A DNA stretch of 64,000 nt, from positions 2,186,503-2,250,502 of the forward strand of contig OZ220716.1 in the NCBI GenBank assembly GCA_965116795.1. Direction: 5' to 3'. Of this stretch, positions 9,830-20,624 are shown one piece after another. The notes beneath the pieces are model-generated. The model saw only the letters and a list, made by a program, of their open reading frames with translations, was not told the DNA's origin and made no database searches. Position 1 is the stretch's first letter. The number at the start of each line of letters is the position of its first letter. The position numbers and the translations under genes are program-made. The DNA comes from Gammaproteobacteria bacterium (GTDB taxonomy: Bacteria > Pseudomonadota > Gammaproteobacteria > JAJFKG01).

Positions 9830-12538
9830 TTAAGACTTCACTTGATTAATATCGAGTGCGACTAAATCCAATAATTGTGCATCGCTCATTTCTGTTAACA
9901 ATTTCTCACCGGTAGGCTCTAAGATATCATTTGCTAATGATTGTTTACTCTTTATCATCGTATTAATTTTTTCTTCAATGGTCCCTTTGCAGATAAACTT
10001 GTGCACTAAAACATTCTTTTTTTGGCCAATTCGATAGGCTCTATCTGTCGCTTGATTTTCCACGGCCGGATTCCACCACCTATCAAAATGTATCACATGA
10101 CTTGCAGCGGTTAAGTTTAATCCTGTTCCAGCGGCTTTCAACGATAAAACAAAAAATGGGTTACCTGTGTCATTTAGGAAACATTCAACCAGTTTTTTTC
10201 TTCGTTTAACCGGTGTTCCACCATGTAAAATCAAACCGGGCTCATTGAATATCTCAGCAAGAAAATTGTGTAATGGTTCTGTTATTTCTTTATATTGTGT
10301 AAAGACTAATACTTTCTCTTGTCTTGATGCAATTTCCTCACATATTTCACCGAGTCTTAAAAATTTCCCACTGGCTTTTGCTGCATAACTTCCATTACCT
10401 AACAGCTGGCTTGGATGATTGCAAATTTGTTTAAACCGCGTCAAATAGGCTAATACTAAACCACGTCGTTTTATACCTTCTTCAGTCGCTTCTAATGCCG
10501 TTGCTAATTCATTGACAGCTTGCATATATAACGTTGCTTGTTGTTTACTTAAACTACACCACGCATCAACTTCCGTTTTATCAGGTAAGTCGCTAATAAT
10601 ACTTTTATTTGACTTTAAACGACGAAGAATATACGGGGAGACTAATTGTCGAAGCGGTGCATACGATACGTTTTCTGACTTTTCTAATGACTTGATAAAT
10701 GCTTTAAAGCGAACACTCCCACCCAATAAGCCAGGGCAGATAAAATCAAATAATGACCATAGGTCTCCCAACCGATTTTCAACAGGTGTACCCGTTAAGG
10801 CAATTCTTGCTTCAGCCGATAGCTTTTTGACTATCTGTGTTTGACGTGACGAAGGATTTTTAATAGCTTGTGCTTCATCTAAAATGATTAATTGCCACTT
10901 TACATCAGTTAACCATGTTTGCCGTAGCAGCATACCATAGGTGGTAATCACCAGATGAAAACCGTTTAATTTTGAATGAGTCCTCGTTGATAATCCTTCG
11001 ATATCACGGCGATTCATTTCTGATGAATGTAGCATCAAACTGTTTAAAGAAGGCGCAAAACGCTTTATTTCATCTTTCCAGTTGGCAAGTAACGATGCTG
11101 GCAGTACGAGCAAACTGGGTAATATGGATGTGTCTTTTGCTTTCAGCAGAAGTAAAGAGATGACTTGTATGGTTTTACCGAGCCCCATATCATCGGCTAA
11201 ACAAGCCCCTAGCCCTAGACTGGTTAACGTTTGCAACCAGGCAACACCTGCTTCCTGATACGGTCTTAACGTGCCTTTTAATAATTTCCCTGGGTGGCTT
11301 TTTTTCAATGCTTGCGGTGAACGTAATGTCTTGAGTGTTTTTTGTAATTCTCCACTGGCATTAATATGGCACCACTCTTTTAAGGATTCATTTAACACGC
11401 CTTGTTTAATATCTTGATTAATACCTGATAAAAGTCGCATCCCCTCAATAAATGAAATGCCATCTGTACCCGCTTCTGCTTTAATATTCTCCCAATGAGA
11501 AAGTGCTTCGGTTAGTTTTTCTTTGTCTAACTCTACCCATTGACCACGCAACAGTACCAAGCCATCATCACTTTTCATCAGTGCCGTGATTTCTTCTTGA
11601 GTTAATGACTCTCCTTCAACCGCCACATTAATATCAAATTGTAATAACGATTTAGCACCAAATTGCGTTTCTTTATCATTACCAATGCGCACCTGCGCTA
11701 TTGGTTTCGCTCTTTTTTTCCACCAATTAGGTAATTTGACAACCAAGCCTTCTTTTTCCAACGTGCTGGCATCTTTGAGCAGAGGGTAGGCCTCATCTGG
11801 CCTCCAAGCTAATGGGTGATAAATATCGTGGTTTTCTAACATATCATTTAGCCAAACACAGTGTTTTGCTGCGTTACTGATAGGCTGTAAAAGTTGGCTT
11901 AAGGCTTTTTTATTCTCCTTTCCTGCATATTCTTGCAAGGCTTTGGCAAGCGGTTTATGTTGCACCTTACTCGAATGTGTTAATGAATGCGCATAGGTCG
12001 CGATAAAAGCAAAAGGCCTTTTTTCATCTTGTTTGTTTTCAGCCAAATGAAAACACACTCTACCGACTTGATGCCATGAAGGCAAAACGGCTTTTAAAAA
12101 ATCACCTAGATGTTGGTACTTCTTTTTTATTGTATTCCTTATCCAGATATCAAAATCTTGCCATATCGTCGTTAATGTTTCTACCGAACAATATTCAGCC
12201 CCTGGTATAGGGGGGATTTGATCTACCCATAACTGTATCATCTTAGGAACAGCCATAATCTCATTAACATCAGAATGCGTGCTTGGTGTCTGATGGCATA
12301 AGAGATGAAGATACTGACTGATGAATTTTCGCCAATAGACTAATCCTTGTGGCCATGTACTGCTGACTGAATTGGTTAACAATGCCAATAATCCATCGAC
12401 TTGTGAATTTGCAAATGCGTTTGCTATTTTTTTTATATGAATAATAGCCTCTGGGTATTGTGAGATTTCAACAGCATGCACCACCAAACGTCCTTTAGGC
12501 GTTAGAGAAATGCAATCAACCGTATTTGTTTCTTCCAC
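9830..12538 (-). CDS. SNF2-family (SWI2/SNF2) helicase
   Basis: LADDMGLGKT, LDEAQAIKN, LTGTPVENRL, GLNLTAASHVIHFDRWWNPAVENQATDRAYRIGQ. Confidence 0.95.
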   Translation of the reverse strand: MEETNTVDCISLTPKGRLVVHAVEISQYPEAIIHIKKIANAFANSQVDGLLALLTNSVSSTWPQGLVYWRKFISQYLHLLCHQTPSTHSDVNEIMAVPKMIQLWVDQIPPIPGAEYCSVETLTTIWQDFDIWIRNTIKKKYQHLGDFLKAVLPSWHQVGRVCFHLAENKQDEKRPFAFIATYAHSLTHSSKVQHKPLAKALQEYAGKENKKALSQLLQPISNAAKHCVWLNDMLENHDIYHPLAWRPDEAYPLLKDASTLEKEGLVVKLPNWWKKRAKPIAQVRIGNDKETQFGAKSLLQFDINVAVEGESLTQEEITALMKSDDGLVLLRGQWVELDKEKLTEALSHWENIKAEAGTDGISFIEGMRLLSGINQDIKQGVLNESLKEWCHINASGELQKTLKTLRSPQALKKSHPGKLLKGTLRPYQEAGVAWLQTLTSLGLGACLADDMGLGKTIQVISLLLLKAKDTSILPSLLVLPASLLANWKDEIKRFAPSLNSLMLHSSEMNRRDIEGLSTRTHSKLNGFHLVITTYGMLLRQTWLTDVKWQLIILDEAQAIKNPSSRQTQIVKKLSAEARIALTGTPVENRLGDLWSLFDFICPGLLGGSVRFKAFIKSLEKSENVSYAPLRQLVSPYILRRLKSNKSIISDLPDKTEVDAWCSLSKQQATLYMQAVNELATALEATEEGIKRRGLVLAYLTRFKQICNHPSQLLGNGSYAAKASGKFLRLGEICEEIASRQEKVLVFTQYKEITEPLHNFLAEIFNEPGLILHGGTPVKRRKKLVECFLNDTGNPFFVLSLKAAGTGLNLTAASHVIHFDRWWNPAVENQATDRAYRIGQKKNVLVHKFICKGTIEEKINTMIKSKQSLANDILEPTGEKLLTEMSDAQLLDLVALDINQVKS

Positions 12539-12584
12539 ACATAACTCCTCTTATCAAGCTTTTCCGTAAAAATGTTACTTCATA

Positions 12585-14411
12585 TTAAGTAACCGTATGC
12601 TGATGCTCATTAATTGTTTTAAGAAACACACATCCATAACTTGTTAACTTCTTTTGACCCACACCGTTAATACTCAAAAACTCATTTTTATTTTTAGGTA
12701 ACAAGGCTGACATCTCAACCAAAGAGGCATCACTAAAAATCATAAAGGGTGGGATTCCCGCTTTTTGTGCTAAAGACTTGCGTAATTGACGTAGTTTTTC
12801 AAATAAATCCCTATCGTAATTTAAGTCATCTACGGATGGTTTATTTGCGCTACTCTGTATTTTACCTGCGATTTTATTAGCCACATTCACTTTGATGCGA
12901 GGCTTAGCCAGCATCACTGTTTCTGTGCCACTCAGGATTGATTTTGCCTTTGGCGTTAATTTCAAAACAGAATAATTGGCGATATTTTGCTCAAGGTAAC
13001 CCAAATGAATTAATTGCCGAAAAATACTATGCCATTCTTCTTGAGTCGTCTCTTTACCAATACCATACGTTGATAAGTGATCGTGTCTTAAACGTTTAAT
13101 GCGGGCATTGTCTTTTCCCTGCAATATATCAATGATGTGGTTCACACCAAAGTGCTGATTGGCACGATAGACGCAGGATAAGGCTTTTTGGGCATGAACG
13201 GTGGCATCATAGGTGGCTGGCGGATTTAAGCAAACATCACAATGGCCACATTTTTTTTCTAAAGACTCATTAAAATAATTCAATAATGCACGGCGACGAC
13301 ATGTGGTAGCCTCTGCTAGGCCAATCATACAATTTAATTTATGTCGTTCCATCCGTTTTTGCTTTTCATCTGAATTTTTTTCAATTAAATGCCTAATGAC
13401 GATGCTGTCTTGTAACCCATAGAGTAGTAGTGCTTCAGAAGGCAGGCCATCACGTCCTGCGCGTCCGGTTTCTTGGTAATAAGCCTCTATATTCTTAGGC
13501 AGATCATAATGCACAACAAATCTCACATTAGGCTTATCAATCCCCATCCCAAAGGCAACAGTTGCCACAATAATATTAACATCATCTTGTTGAAACAATT
13601 TTTGTGCATGATAGCGTTGTTGTGCGTTAATTCCTGCGTGGTAAGGCAGAGCATGAACTCCCTGCTTTTGTAATTTAGCGGCGAGTTCTTCGACTCGCTT
13701 GCGACTTAAACAATAAATAATGCCAAATTCGGCTGTTCTGTTTTTTAAAAAAGTCATCAATTGATTAAAAGGTTTTTGCTTTTCGATTATCGTATAAAGA
13801 ATGTTAGGACGGTCGAAGTTGGCAATATGGGTCTGTGCATTGTGTAAGTTTAAATTTTTTAAAATATGTTGGCGTGTTTGTTTATCCGCTGTGGCGGTTA
13901 ACGCGATAATGGGAATATCAGGGAACAATCCACGTAATCGCCCAAGCTCCAGGTATTCAACTCGAAAATCGTGTCCCCATTGAGAAACGCAATGCGCTTC
14001 ATCAATAGCAAATAAACTGATATCTATGTCATCAAGTCGGTTTAGGAAAGCCGTTGACATTAATTTTTCGGGCGATACATACAGTAAATCCAGCTCATTA
14101 TTATGGAGTTGAGACAGGATCCTTTTTGAGTCTGGTTCGGTAAGTGATGAATTATAAAAAGCAGCTGCAACACCGTTGGTTTTTAAAGCCTGCACTTGAT
14201 CTTGCATTAATGAAATCAGGGGTGACACAATGATACCAACACCGTTGCGAACTAATGAGGGTATTTGATAGCAGAGGGATTTACCACCGCCGGTTGGCAT
14301 GAGCACGAAATTATCTTCGCCAGCAATAACACTATCAATGATGTTTTTTTGTAGTGGACGAAAATGATCGTATCCAAATGTTCTCTGTAGCACGTCAATT
14401 GCTTTTTGCAT
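12585..14411 (-). CDS. recQ: ATP-dependent DNA helicase RecQ with RQC and HRDC domains
   Basis: MPTGGGKSLCYQ, DEAHCVSQWGHDFR, YYQETGRAGRDG, Zn-binding CRR...CGHCDVC, HRDC tail. Confidence 0.95.
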   Translation of the reverse strand: MQKAIDVLQRTFGYDHFRPLQKNIIDSVIAGEDNFVLMPTGGGKSLCYQIPSLVRNGVGIIVSPLISLMQDQVQALKTNGVAAAFYNSSLTEPDSKRILSQLHNNELDLLYVSPEKLMSTAFLNRLDDIDISLFAIDEAHCVSQWGHDFRVEYLELGRLRGLFPDIPIIALTATADKQTRQHILKNLNLHNAQTHIANFDRPNILYTIIEKQKPFNQLMTFLKNRTAEFGIIYCLSRKRVEELAAKLQKQGVHALPYHAGINAQQRYHAQKLFQQDDVNIIVATVAFGMGIDKPNVRFVVHYDLPKNIEAYYQETGRAGRDGLPSEALLLYGLQDSIVIRHLIEKNSDEKQKRMERHKLNCMIGLAEATTCRRRALLNYFNESLEKKCGHCDVCLNPPATYDATVHAQKALSCVYRANQHFGVNHIIDILQGKDNARIKRLRHDHLSTYGIGKETTQEEWHSIFRQLIHLGYLEQNIANYSVLKLTPKAKSILSGTETVMLAKPRIKVNVANKIAGKIQSSANKPSVDDLNYDRDLFEKLRQLRKSLAQKAGIPPFMIFSDASLVEMSALLPKNKNEFLSINGVGQKKLTSYGCVFLKTINEHQHTVT

Positions 14412-15162
14412 TTCTCATCTCTTACGCGAAATTCAAGAATAGGCTCTTTATGAACGCCGTATTTTTTTGATCAACAGCCACTTAATGCGCTTAATATTAT
14501 TTTTCCTTGGTTTTTTACGTTGCCAAAAACTCAGTAAAGTATATTTCGTCTGTAATCAATTTGAATTATTACTTTTTACCTCGAAGTTTTGAACAGAATT
14601 GTGCAAAATGTCTGCTGATTTTACAACAAAATTGGCTGCCTGAGTAGCTGTGAGAATTTCACTCTGTTCTTGGCAAGATAAACCTTTATGTGGGAACAAC
14701 CCAATCACCCTTAGAATATCAGATAAAAAACGGATAAAATCCCCCTGGGTATGGGTGGAGTTATGAATATTCGGATCTAGAGCTCAAAAAAATGAACAGG
14801 TGTTTTTAAAAACACTAAGAATACAAACAGATATTTTGTTTTTCTGGCGAAATTTATGATTGGCCAGTGATTCGAATGAGATTACTGTGACAAAGCTAAA
14901 TGGGACCATTCTCATAAACAGAAATAATTTATGGTATGGTTACAGCGTAGGCAAATAAGCTCATTTGATAACGTGGATGCAAAATGACTGTGCTAGATAA
15001 TAAAGATAAATAAGGAGTTATCAGGTCTGTTAAACGTATGATCCAGAAAAATAATGTCATTAACGGCAATAGAAAATAACCGGTGGTTTGTATGGCTAGT
15101 TTCTCTGTGCGGTAATGGATAGAGAAAAAATCCAATACGAATTATGTTAAAGGTTTTTTATT

Positions 15163-17406
15163 ATGGCAGGAGTCAGCGAACAACACATTGAACGAATACA
15201 AGGCTCTGTTGAGCGTGTCACTTTTCATAGTGAGGACACCGGATTTTGTGTGCTTCGAACAAAAGTAAAAGGACATCGTGACTTGATCACAGTCATAGGG
15301 AATGCGGCCAGTATTACAGCGGGCGAATATATCGAATGTCAGGGATGTTGGATTAACGACAAAAAGCACGGGCTTCAATTTAAAACACAAGATCTTAAAG
15401 CCGTAGCGCCGACCACACTGGAAGGTATCGAAAAATATTTAGGCTCTGGTATGGTAAAAGGCATTGGACCCCATTTCGCTAAGAAACTGGTTACCGCCTT
15501 TGGTGAAAATGTTTTTGATGTGATTGAAAATGAGTCTCATCGATTGACAGAGTTAGCAGGCATTGGCAATAAACGAAAAGAACGTGTGACATCAGCCTGG
15601 GCAGAGCAAAAAGCCATTCGAAATATCATGGTATTTTTGCAGTCTTATGGGGTTGGTACGGCTAGAGCGGTTCGTATCTATAAAACCTACGGTGATGATG
15701 CGATTGATAAGGTCAGAGAAAATCCCTATCGCCTAGCGCTTGATATTCGTGGTATTGGTTTTAAAACAGCGGACAAACTTGCTTCAGAATTAGGGATCGC
15801 AAAAGATTCATTAATGCGTGCACAAGCCGGTGTTCGCCATGTATTACAGGAGTTATGCGACCACGGGCATTGTGCAGCCGAGGTGCAACAACTGATCCAG
15901 GCCAGTCACGCATTACTTGAGATACCCATATCCATTGTGGAAGATGCCATAGCGCATGAGTTACAAGCAAAAAACCTGATGCAAGACACCCTCAATGAAC
16001 AAAATTGTGTTTATCCTGTTTCATTGTATCAGGCTGAAACCAAATCGGCTGAGCACATTAAACGATTAAGCCTAACCGCACCCCCTTGGGGAAAGATTGA
16101 TACGGATAAAGCTATTCCCTGGGTTGAGAAAAAAACGGGTTTGCAGCTCGCTGGATCACAGCGTCAGGCTATTGAAACCGTTCTGAAATCCAAGTTAGCC
16201 ATTATCACAGGTGGGCCAGGGGTTGGCAAAACCACCTTGGTCAATAGCTTACTTAAAATCATTGGTGCAAAAGGCTTAAATATAGGTCTTTGCGCGCCAA
16301 CAGGACGTGCTGCAAAGCGCTTAACAGAAACAACGCAACTTCCTGCCAAGACCATTCATCGCTTACTTGATTTTGAACCAAAGACTTATGGTTTTAAGCA
16401 TAATCAAGATAACCCACTGCCCATTGACGTGCTTGTTGTTGATGAAGCTTCGATGATTGACATTGTTCTTTTCAACAATTTGCTCAAAGCCATACCGGAT
16501 CACACGGCCATTATTTTTGTCGGTGACATTGATCAACTGCCTTCAGTGGGTTCAGGCTCAGTCCTATCCGATTTAATTCAATCAAATGTGATGACTACGG
16601 TACGATTGACTGAAATATTTCGTCAAGCAGCCAACTCTAACATTATCATTAATGCGCATCGGGTCAATCGTGGAAAAATGCCTTTTCCTAACGAAGGGAA
16701 TAAGAGTGATTTTTTTACGATTTACGCAGACACACCAGAAGACATTCATGCAAAGCTAATCGAGGTAGTCTCTTGTCGATTACCCAACTATTATCGATGT
16801 GATCCCACACAAGACATTCAAGTATTAGCACCGATGAACCGAGGAGGACTTGGGAGCCGTGGCTTAAACATTGATTTACAAAAAAAGTTAAATTCAAACT
16901 CTGAGCCGAAAATAACACGCTTTGGCTCGACGTATTCTCCAGGTGATAAGGTTATTCAAATGACGAATAATTATGATAAAGACGTTTTTAATGGAGATAT
17001 TGGCTTTATTGAACAGATTGACTTAGAAGAAAGTATTGTCAAAATACGTTTTGATAAAAACATTAAGGAATATGAAACCAATGAACTTGATGAAATTAGT
17101 TTAGCCTATGCCATTAGTATTCATAAAAGCCAAGGCTCAGAATTTCCTTTCGTTGTTATTCCATTGGCCACACAGCACTATACGCTACTTGCCAGAAACT
17201 TACTGTATACAGGCATGACGCGTGGAAAACAGCTTGTTGTTTTAATAGGTCAAAAAAAGGCAATTGGTATGGCTGTTCGTAATAACAAAGAAGCGTGTCG
17301 ACTCACTAAGTTGACAGAGAGATTACAAACGTTAATCCCTGCCTATGTGTCAAACCATCAGTCGCTTGCAGACACATCCACAATGAAAGAAGGAAAAAAA
17401 TCATGA
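15163..17406 (+). CDS. recD2: RecD2-like SF1B helicase with HhH repeats
   Basis: YLGSGMVKGIG, ITGGPGVGKTT, APTGRAAKRL, DEASM, GDIDQLPSVG, IHKSQGSEF, RNLLYTGMTR. Confidence 0.93.
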   Translation: MAGVSEQHIERIQGSVERVTFHSEDTGFCVLRTKVKGHRDLITVIGNAASITAGEYIECQGCWINDKKHGLQFKTQDLKAVAPTTLEGIEKYLGSGMVKGIGPHFAKKLVTAFGENVFDVIENESHRLTELAGIGNKRKERVTSAWAEQKAIRNIMVFLQSYGVGTARAVRIYKTYGDDAIDKVRENPYRLALDIRGIGFKTADKLASELGIAKDSLMRAQAGVRHVLQELCDHGHCAAEVQQLIQASHALLEIPISIVEDAIAHELQAKNLMQDTLNEQNCVYPVSLYQAETKSAEHIKRLSLTAPPWGKIDTDKAIPWVEKKTGLQLAGSQRQAIETVLKSKLAIITGGPGVGKTTLVNSLLKIIGAKGLNIGLCAPTGRAAKRLTETTQLPAKTIHRLLDFEPKTYGFKHNQDNPLPIDVLVVDEASMIDIVLFNNLLKAIPDHTAIIFVGDIDQLPSVGSGSVLSDLIQSNVMTTVRLTEIFRQAANSNIIINAHRVNRGKMPFPNEGNKSDFFTIYADTPEDIHAKLIEVVSCRLPNYYRCDPTQDIQVLAPMNRGGLGSRGLNIDLQKKLNSNSEPKITRFGSTYSPGDKVIQMTNNYDKDVFNGDIGFIEQIDLEESIVKIRFDKNIKEYETNELDEISLAYAISIHKSQGSEFPFVVIPLATQHYTLLARNLLYTGMTRGKQLVVLIGQKKAIGMAVRNNKEACRLTKLTERLQTLIPAYVSNHQSLADTSTMKEGKKS

Positions 17407-19001
17407 ATGCTCCCAATATTTTTGCACAACCTGTAGAGGAACTGATTAGCAGAGTTGACAAGTATTGCCACTCACTTGACGAGCGATTGCCTAGTGATAT
17501 TGAAGATGAAATGAGTATAAGTCCTGATTGGGCTATTGACCTGATAAAACAGCTTGAATACATGAATCAATCAGCAAACGATCGACGTACAGAAATTCTC
17601 TTCAGATTAATAGATGAGTCACTCCGTCAAATTCGGTACAGAATTGATAGAAAAGATGAACAAGGTTTTGTATTGCTCACCAACGTTCAGGAAGCATTGA
17701 GGAACATCATGCCTACCTTATCTTCATCCATCCGATTTGCAGTGAATCGGATTATGTTTGATTCAAAATTACCTTTTGAAATAGATGAGCATTATGATTT
17801 GTCCTCAGCGGAAGGAGATAAGAGGCAAATCGATATTATGCCTAAAGTTCCAGAATTATTAGACAGTTTAAGAAGAGAAAAAGTCTTTAAAACCTGCTTT
17901 GAACTGTATGAGCTCATTTTGCCTCAAATCCAACTGATGCCAACAATGACACAGTTATCCATCATTGCAGAGATGGCAATGTCTAAAAAAGCAATCGTAC
18001 ATGAGTTGGCTGTATTGATGTTACTACATCCAAAACATGAAATAAGGAAAAGAGTCCCGGAGATATTGTACAAGTTGAGTGATGATCGGGTTTTTACACC
18101 GGTTGATCTTCGCCGTCTCATCACGATTAGAAATTGGGTACCCATCGACGAACGTAAAGGGATTGATGAAATTATATCGCATTTACGAAGAAATAAACTG
18201 TCTCCAGCCCCTTATATTGACGCTAAACTGTCTAAACTGGTTGGTTCATCAATGGATGGTGCGGGTGTGCTTTTTATCATGATGGAGAGCAAAACACATA
18301 ATCAACGTAAAATAGCAGGGTTTTTACTTAAGATTGGCGTTGGAGTGAGAGAGCCTTGGGTAAGGCATAAAGCACCAAAAGGTTATTTTTATCAACTTAT
18401 TGAAGAACAAGATACAAGTTTGCAAATAAAATCTGTGAGCAAGGCTTATGTGAACAAAATTGTCCAACATTTTTTATCAGAGTCTATTGAAAATAATATC
18501 GTGCCAGAGGCAACGTTTATTGAGATTGCTGAATTATTTGGGGCTAATAACTGGCAACCTCAGCCACTGTCTTTTACAGATGAGATTAATAGACTCCAAA
18601 AAATTTACAAAGATGATTTGACAGAAGCGTCTATTAAGCGTGCATTACAACGCAGTGGAAAATGGCATTTATATGAAGATGTCACCCATTCTTGGTTTGA
18701 ATCAGGTGATTTTGCTGAAAGATCCCTGATCGAAGCAACGAAAAAACATGAAGAAGATCCATCGCAATCACTTGAGACCATTGTCACAGAGTGTCTAATG
18801 GATCATTGTCTTGAGAAATGGAAGATGATTTTCTTAGTGACCTGCCTTTGGATGAGATCAAAAGAAAAAGAGGGTCTTTGTTATGATTTATTTGCAGTGC
18901 TTCACTGCTTAGCTAATGGAACATCGCCATCAAATATACCCCTTATTTGTAATGTGGCAGCACAATCAACAGCCAGTATATTAAAAAGAGAAATGTATTA
19001 A
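17403..19001 (+). CDS. Hypothetical protein (532 aa), translationally coupled to recD2
   Basis: Long ORF with ATGA overlap at 17403-17406; no recognised motif. Confidence 0.8.
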   Translation: MNAPNIFAQPVEELISRVDKYCHSLDERLPSDIEDEMSISPDWAIDLIKQLEYMNQSANDRRTEILFRLIDESLRQIRYRIDRKDEQGFVLLTNVQEALRNIMPTLSSSIRFAVNRIMFDSKLPFEIDEHYDLSSAEGDKRQIDIMPKVPELLDSLRREKVFKTCFELYELILPQIQLMPTMTQLSIIAEMAMSKKAIVHELAVLMLLHPKHEIRKRVPEILYKLSDDRVFTPVDLRRLITIRNWVPIDERKGIDEIISHLRRNKLSPAPYIDAKLSKLVGSSMDGAGVLFIMMESKTHNQRKIAGFLLKIGVGVREPWVRHKAPKGYFYQLIEEQDTSLQIKSVSKAYVNKIVQHFLSESIENNIVPEATFIEIAELFGANNWQPQPLSFTDEINRLQKIYKDDLTEASIKRALQRSGKWHLYEDVTHSWFESGDFAERSLIEATKKHEEDPSQSLETIVTECLMDHCLEKWKMIFLVTCLWMRSKEKEGLCYDLFAVLHCLANGTSPSNIPLICNVAAQSTASILKREMY

Positions 19002-19186
19002 AAAGCACAGTCTTCGTCAGATATAAAATGTGACAGTCTCATCTATCAGATCGAGTTACAACTTTTACAGTTAAATGTGTTAACACCAAGCGACTTTGTT
19101 GTATCTTAATTACCAAGGGAAATTGACGGATATAATCAATCGGTTATTTTCTGAAATCACAAGTTAGATTTCAGAGGTACTTAAGG

Positions 19187-20198
19187 ATGATTGTTATGGA
19201 TTCAAGATCCCAATTAACTGTTGATATTATTGCCAAAGTACATCAAGGCAAGATAACAGCTGAGAATGCAAGCAAACTGCTTAATTGCTCCCGTCGCACT
19301 ATCGAACGTTATCTCAGTGAATATAATAAACATGGGGTAAAGTTTATTATTCATAGCAACATTGGAAGAAAACCAGAAAATAAGCTTCCTGATACCTTGA
19401 AAGTAAAAGTACAATCGCTTATTAAAGAGAAATATTATGATTTAAATTTACAGCATCTTGCTGATGCTTTTAGAGACTAACGAGGATATTCAAATAAAAC
19501 AAGAAACTCTTCGCAACTGGGCTCATGACATCCATCATGTGAAACGTGCTAAGAAAAGACGCTCAAAGCCACGCAAACGGCGTGAGTGTATGGGAGAGCT
19601 GCTGGATTATTATTGCAAATAGATGGCAGTACTCACTGATGGTTCGGTGATGAAAAATCGTGTCTAATTGCAATTATTGATGATGTAACTAGTGAAGTAC
19701 ATGCTGAGTTTTTTAAGTCAGAAACAACTCAAGGTTGTTTGAAGGTCATACGTGATTATATTGAAAAAAAAAGGATTATTTAAAACTTTATACATTGATA
19801 AAGCAGGTATATTTGGTGGGCCAAAACGCTGTAACTTCTCACAAGTTCAGCGTGCCTATAACAAAATTGGCATTGAGATTATTTTTACTAATTCTCCACA
19901 AGTTAAGGGGAATATTGAGCGCTTATTTGATACGTTTCAAGATCGGCTTTTCCATGAGTTACGCTTACAAAATATTAATAATAGACAGAATGCTAATCAC
20001 TATTTACAAAACGTTTTTCTTCCTGGCTACTGGCAAAAAAATATTATAGTAAATCCTGAAAATGCAACCTCCGAGTTTATAACTGTTCCTGAAAATATCA
20101 ACCTTGACAATATATGTATTCAGAAAGAGTATCGCCAAATTCGTAATGACCATACATTTAGCTATGGCAATAAATTTTATTTAATAGAAGAACGGTAA
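19187..20198 (+). pseudogene. Degenerate ISNCY/IS1202-like DDE transposase
   Basis: N-terminal HTH; QIDGSTH*WFG..LIAIIDD, LYIDKAGIF, SPQVKGNIERLFDTFQDRL, broken by stops and frameshifts. Confidence 0.85.
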
Positions 20199-20267
20199 TC
20201 CTTCCATATACTTCTCTAGTTGAAAGATAGAGTTTTCTGTTAAGCTATTGACCTATAGGAGGCTCAA

Positions 20268-20362
20268 ATGAAGAAGAAACGTTTTAATGCAAGTCAGATC
20301 ATGTCAATCCTGAAAGAGAATGAAGCAGGGATGTCAGTATCAGAGTTAGCCCACAAACATGT
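20268..20362 (+). pseudogene. IS3-family OrfA N-terminal remnant
   Basis: MKKKRFNASQIMSILKENEAGMSVSELAHKH after GGAGG RBS, then truncated. Confidence 0.75.
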
Positions 20363-20624
20363 CTAAGGTTAATTCTTTGGCTTCAGCTGCTTGGATGGAG
20401 CATTCACCCTCTGGGTGAATATTTCGTGGTAACTTTTTCATTGCATAATCCCTTATTTTATAGGCTTAGGCATTATACAGGATTTTTCAACTGAGAAATC
20501 TAGAATTAAAATCGACACCCAATGTGGTATCAAAATAGATGATGACGTTGCCAGACAGCAGCCACATTACCGCCGGTTGCAATACGTATATCAAAGCAAA
20601 ACCACAATGCAATTCTGTTAAAAC

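Noticed and set aside
14481-14498. PmrA-like CTTAA direct repeat upstream of recQ
   Set aside because: Period is 9 bp rather than the expected 11 bp
15125-15152. dif-like site (TTATGTTAAA XerD arm)
   Set aside because: No credible XerC arm at the required spacing
20363-20441. Short minus-strand gene stub (MKKLPRNIHPEGECSIQAAEAKELTLD)
   Set aside because: Too short to assign; truncated against the IS3 remnant
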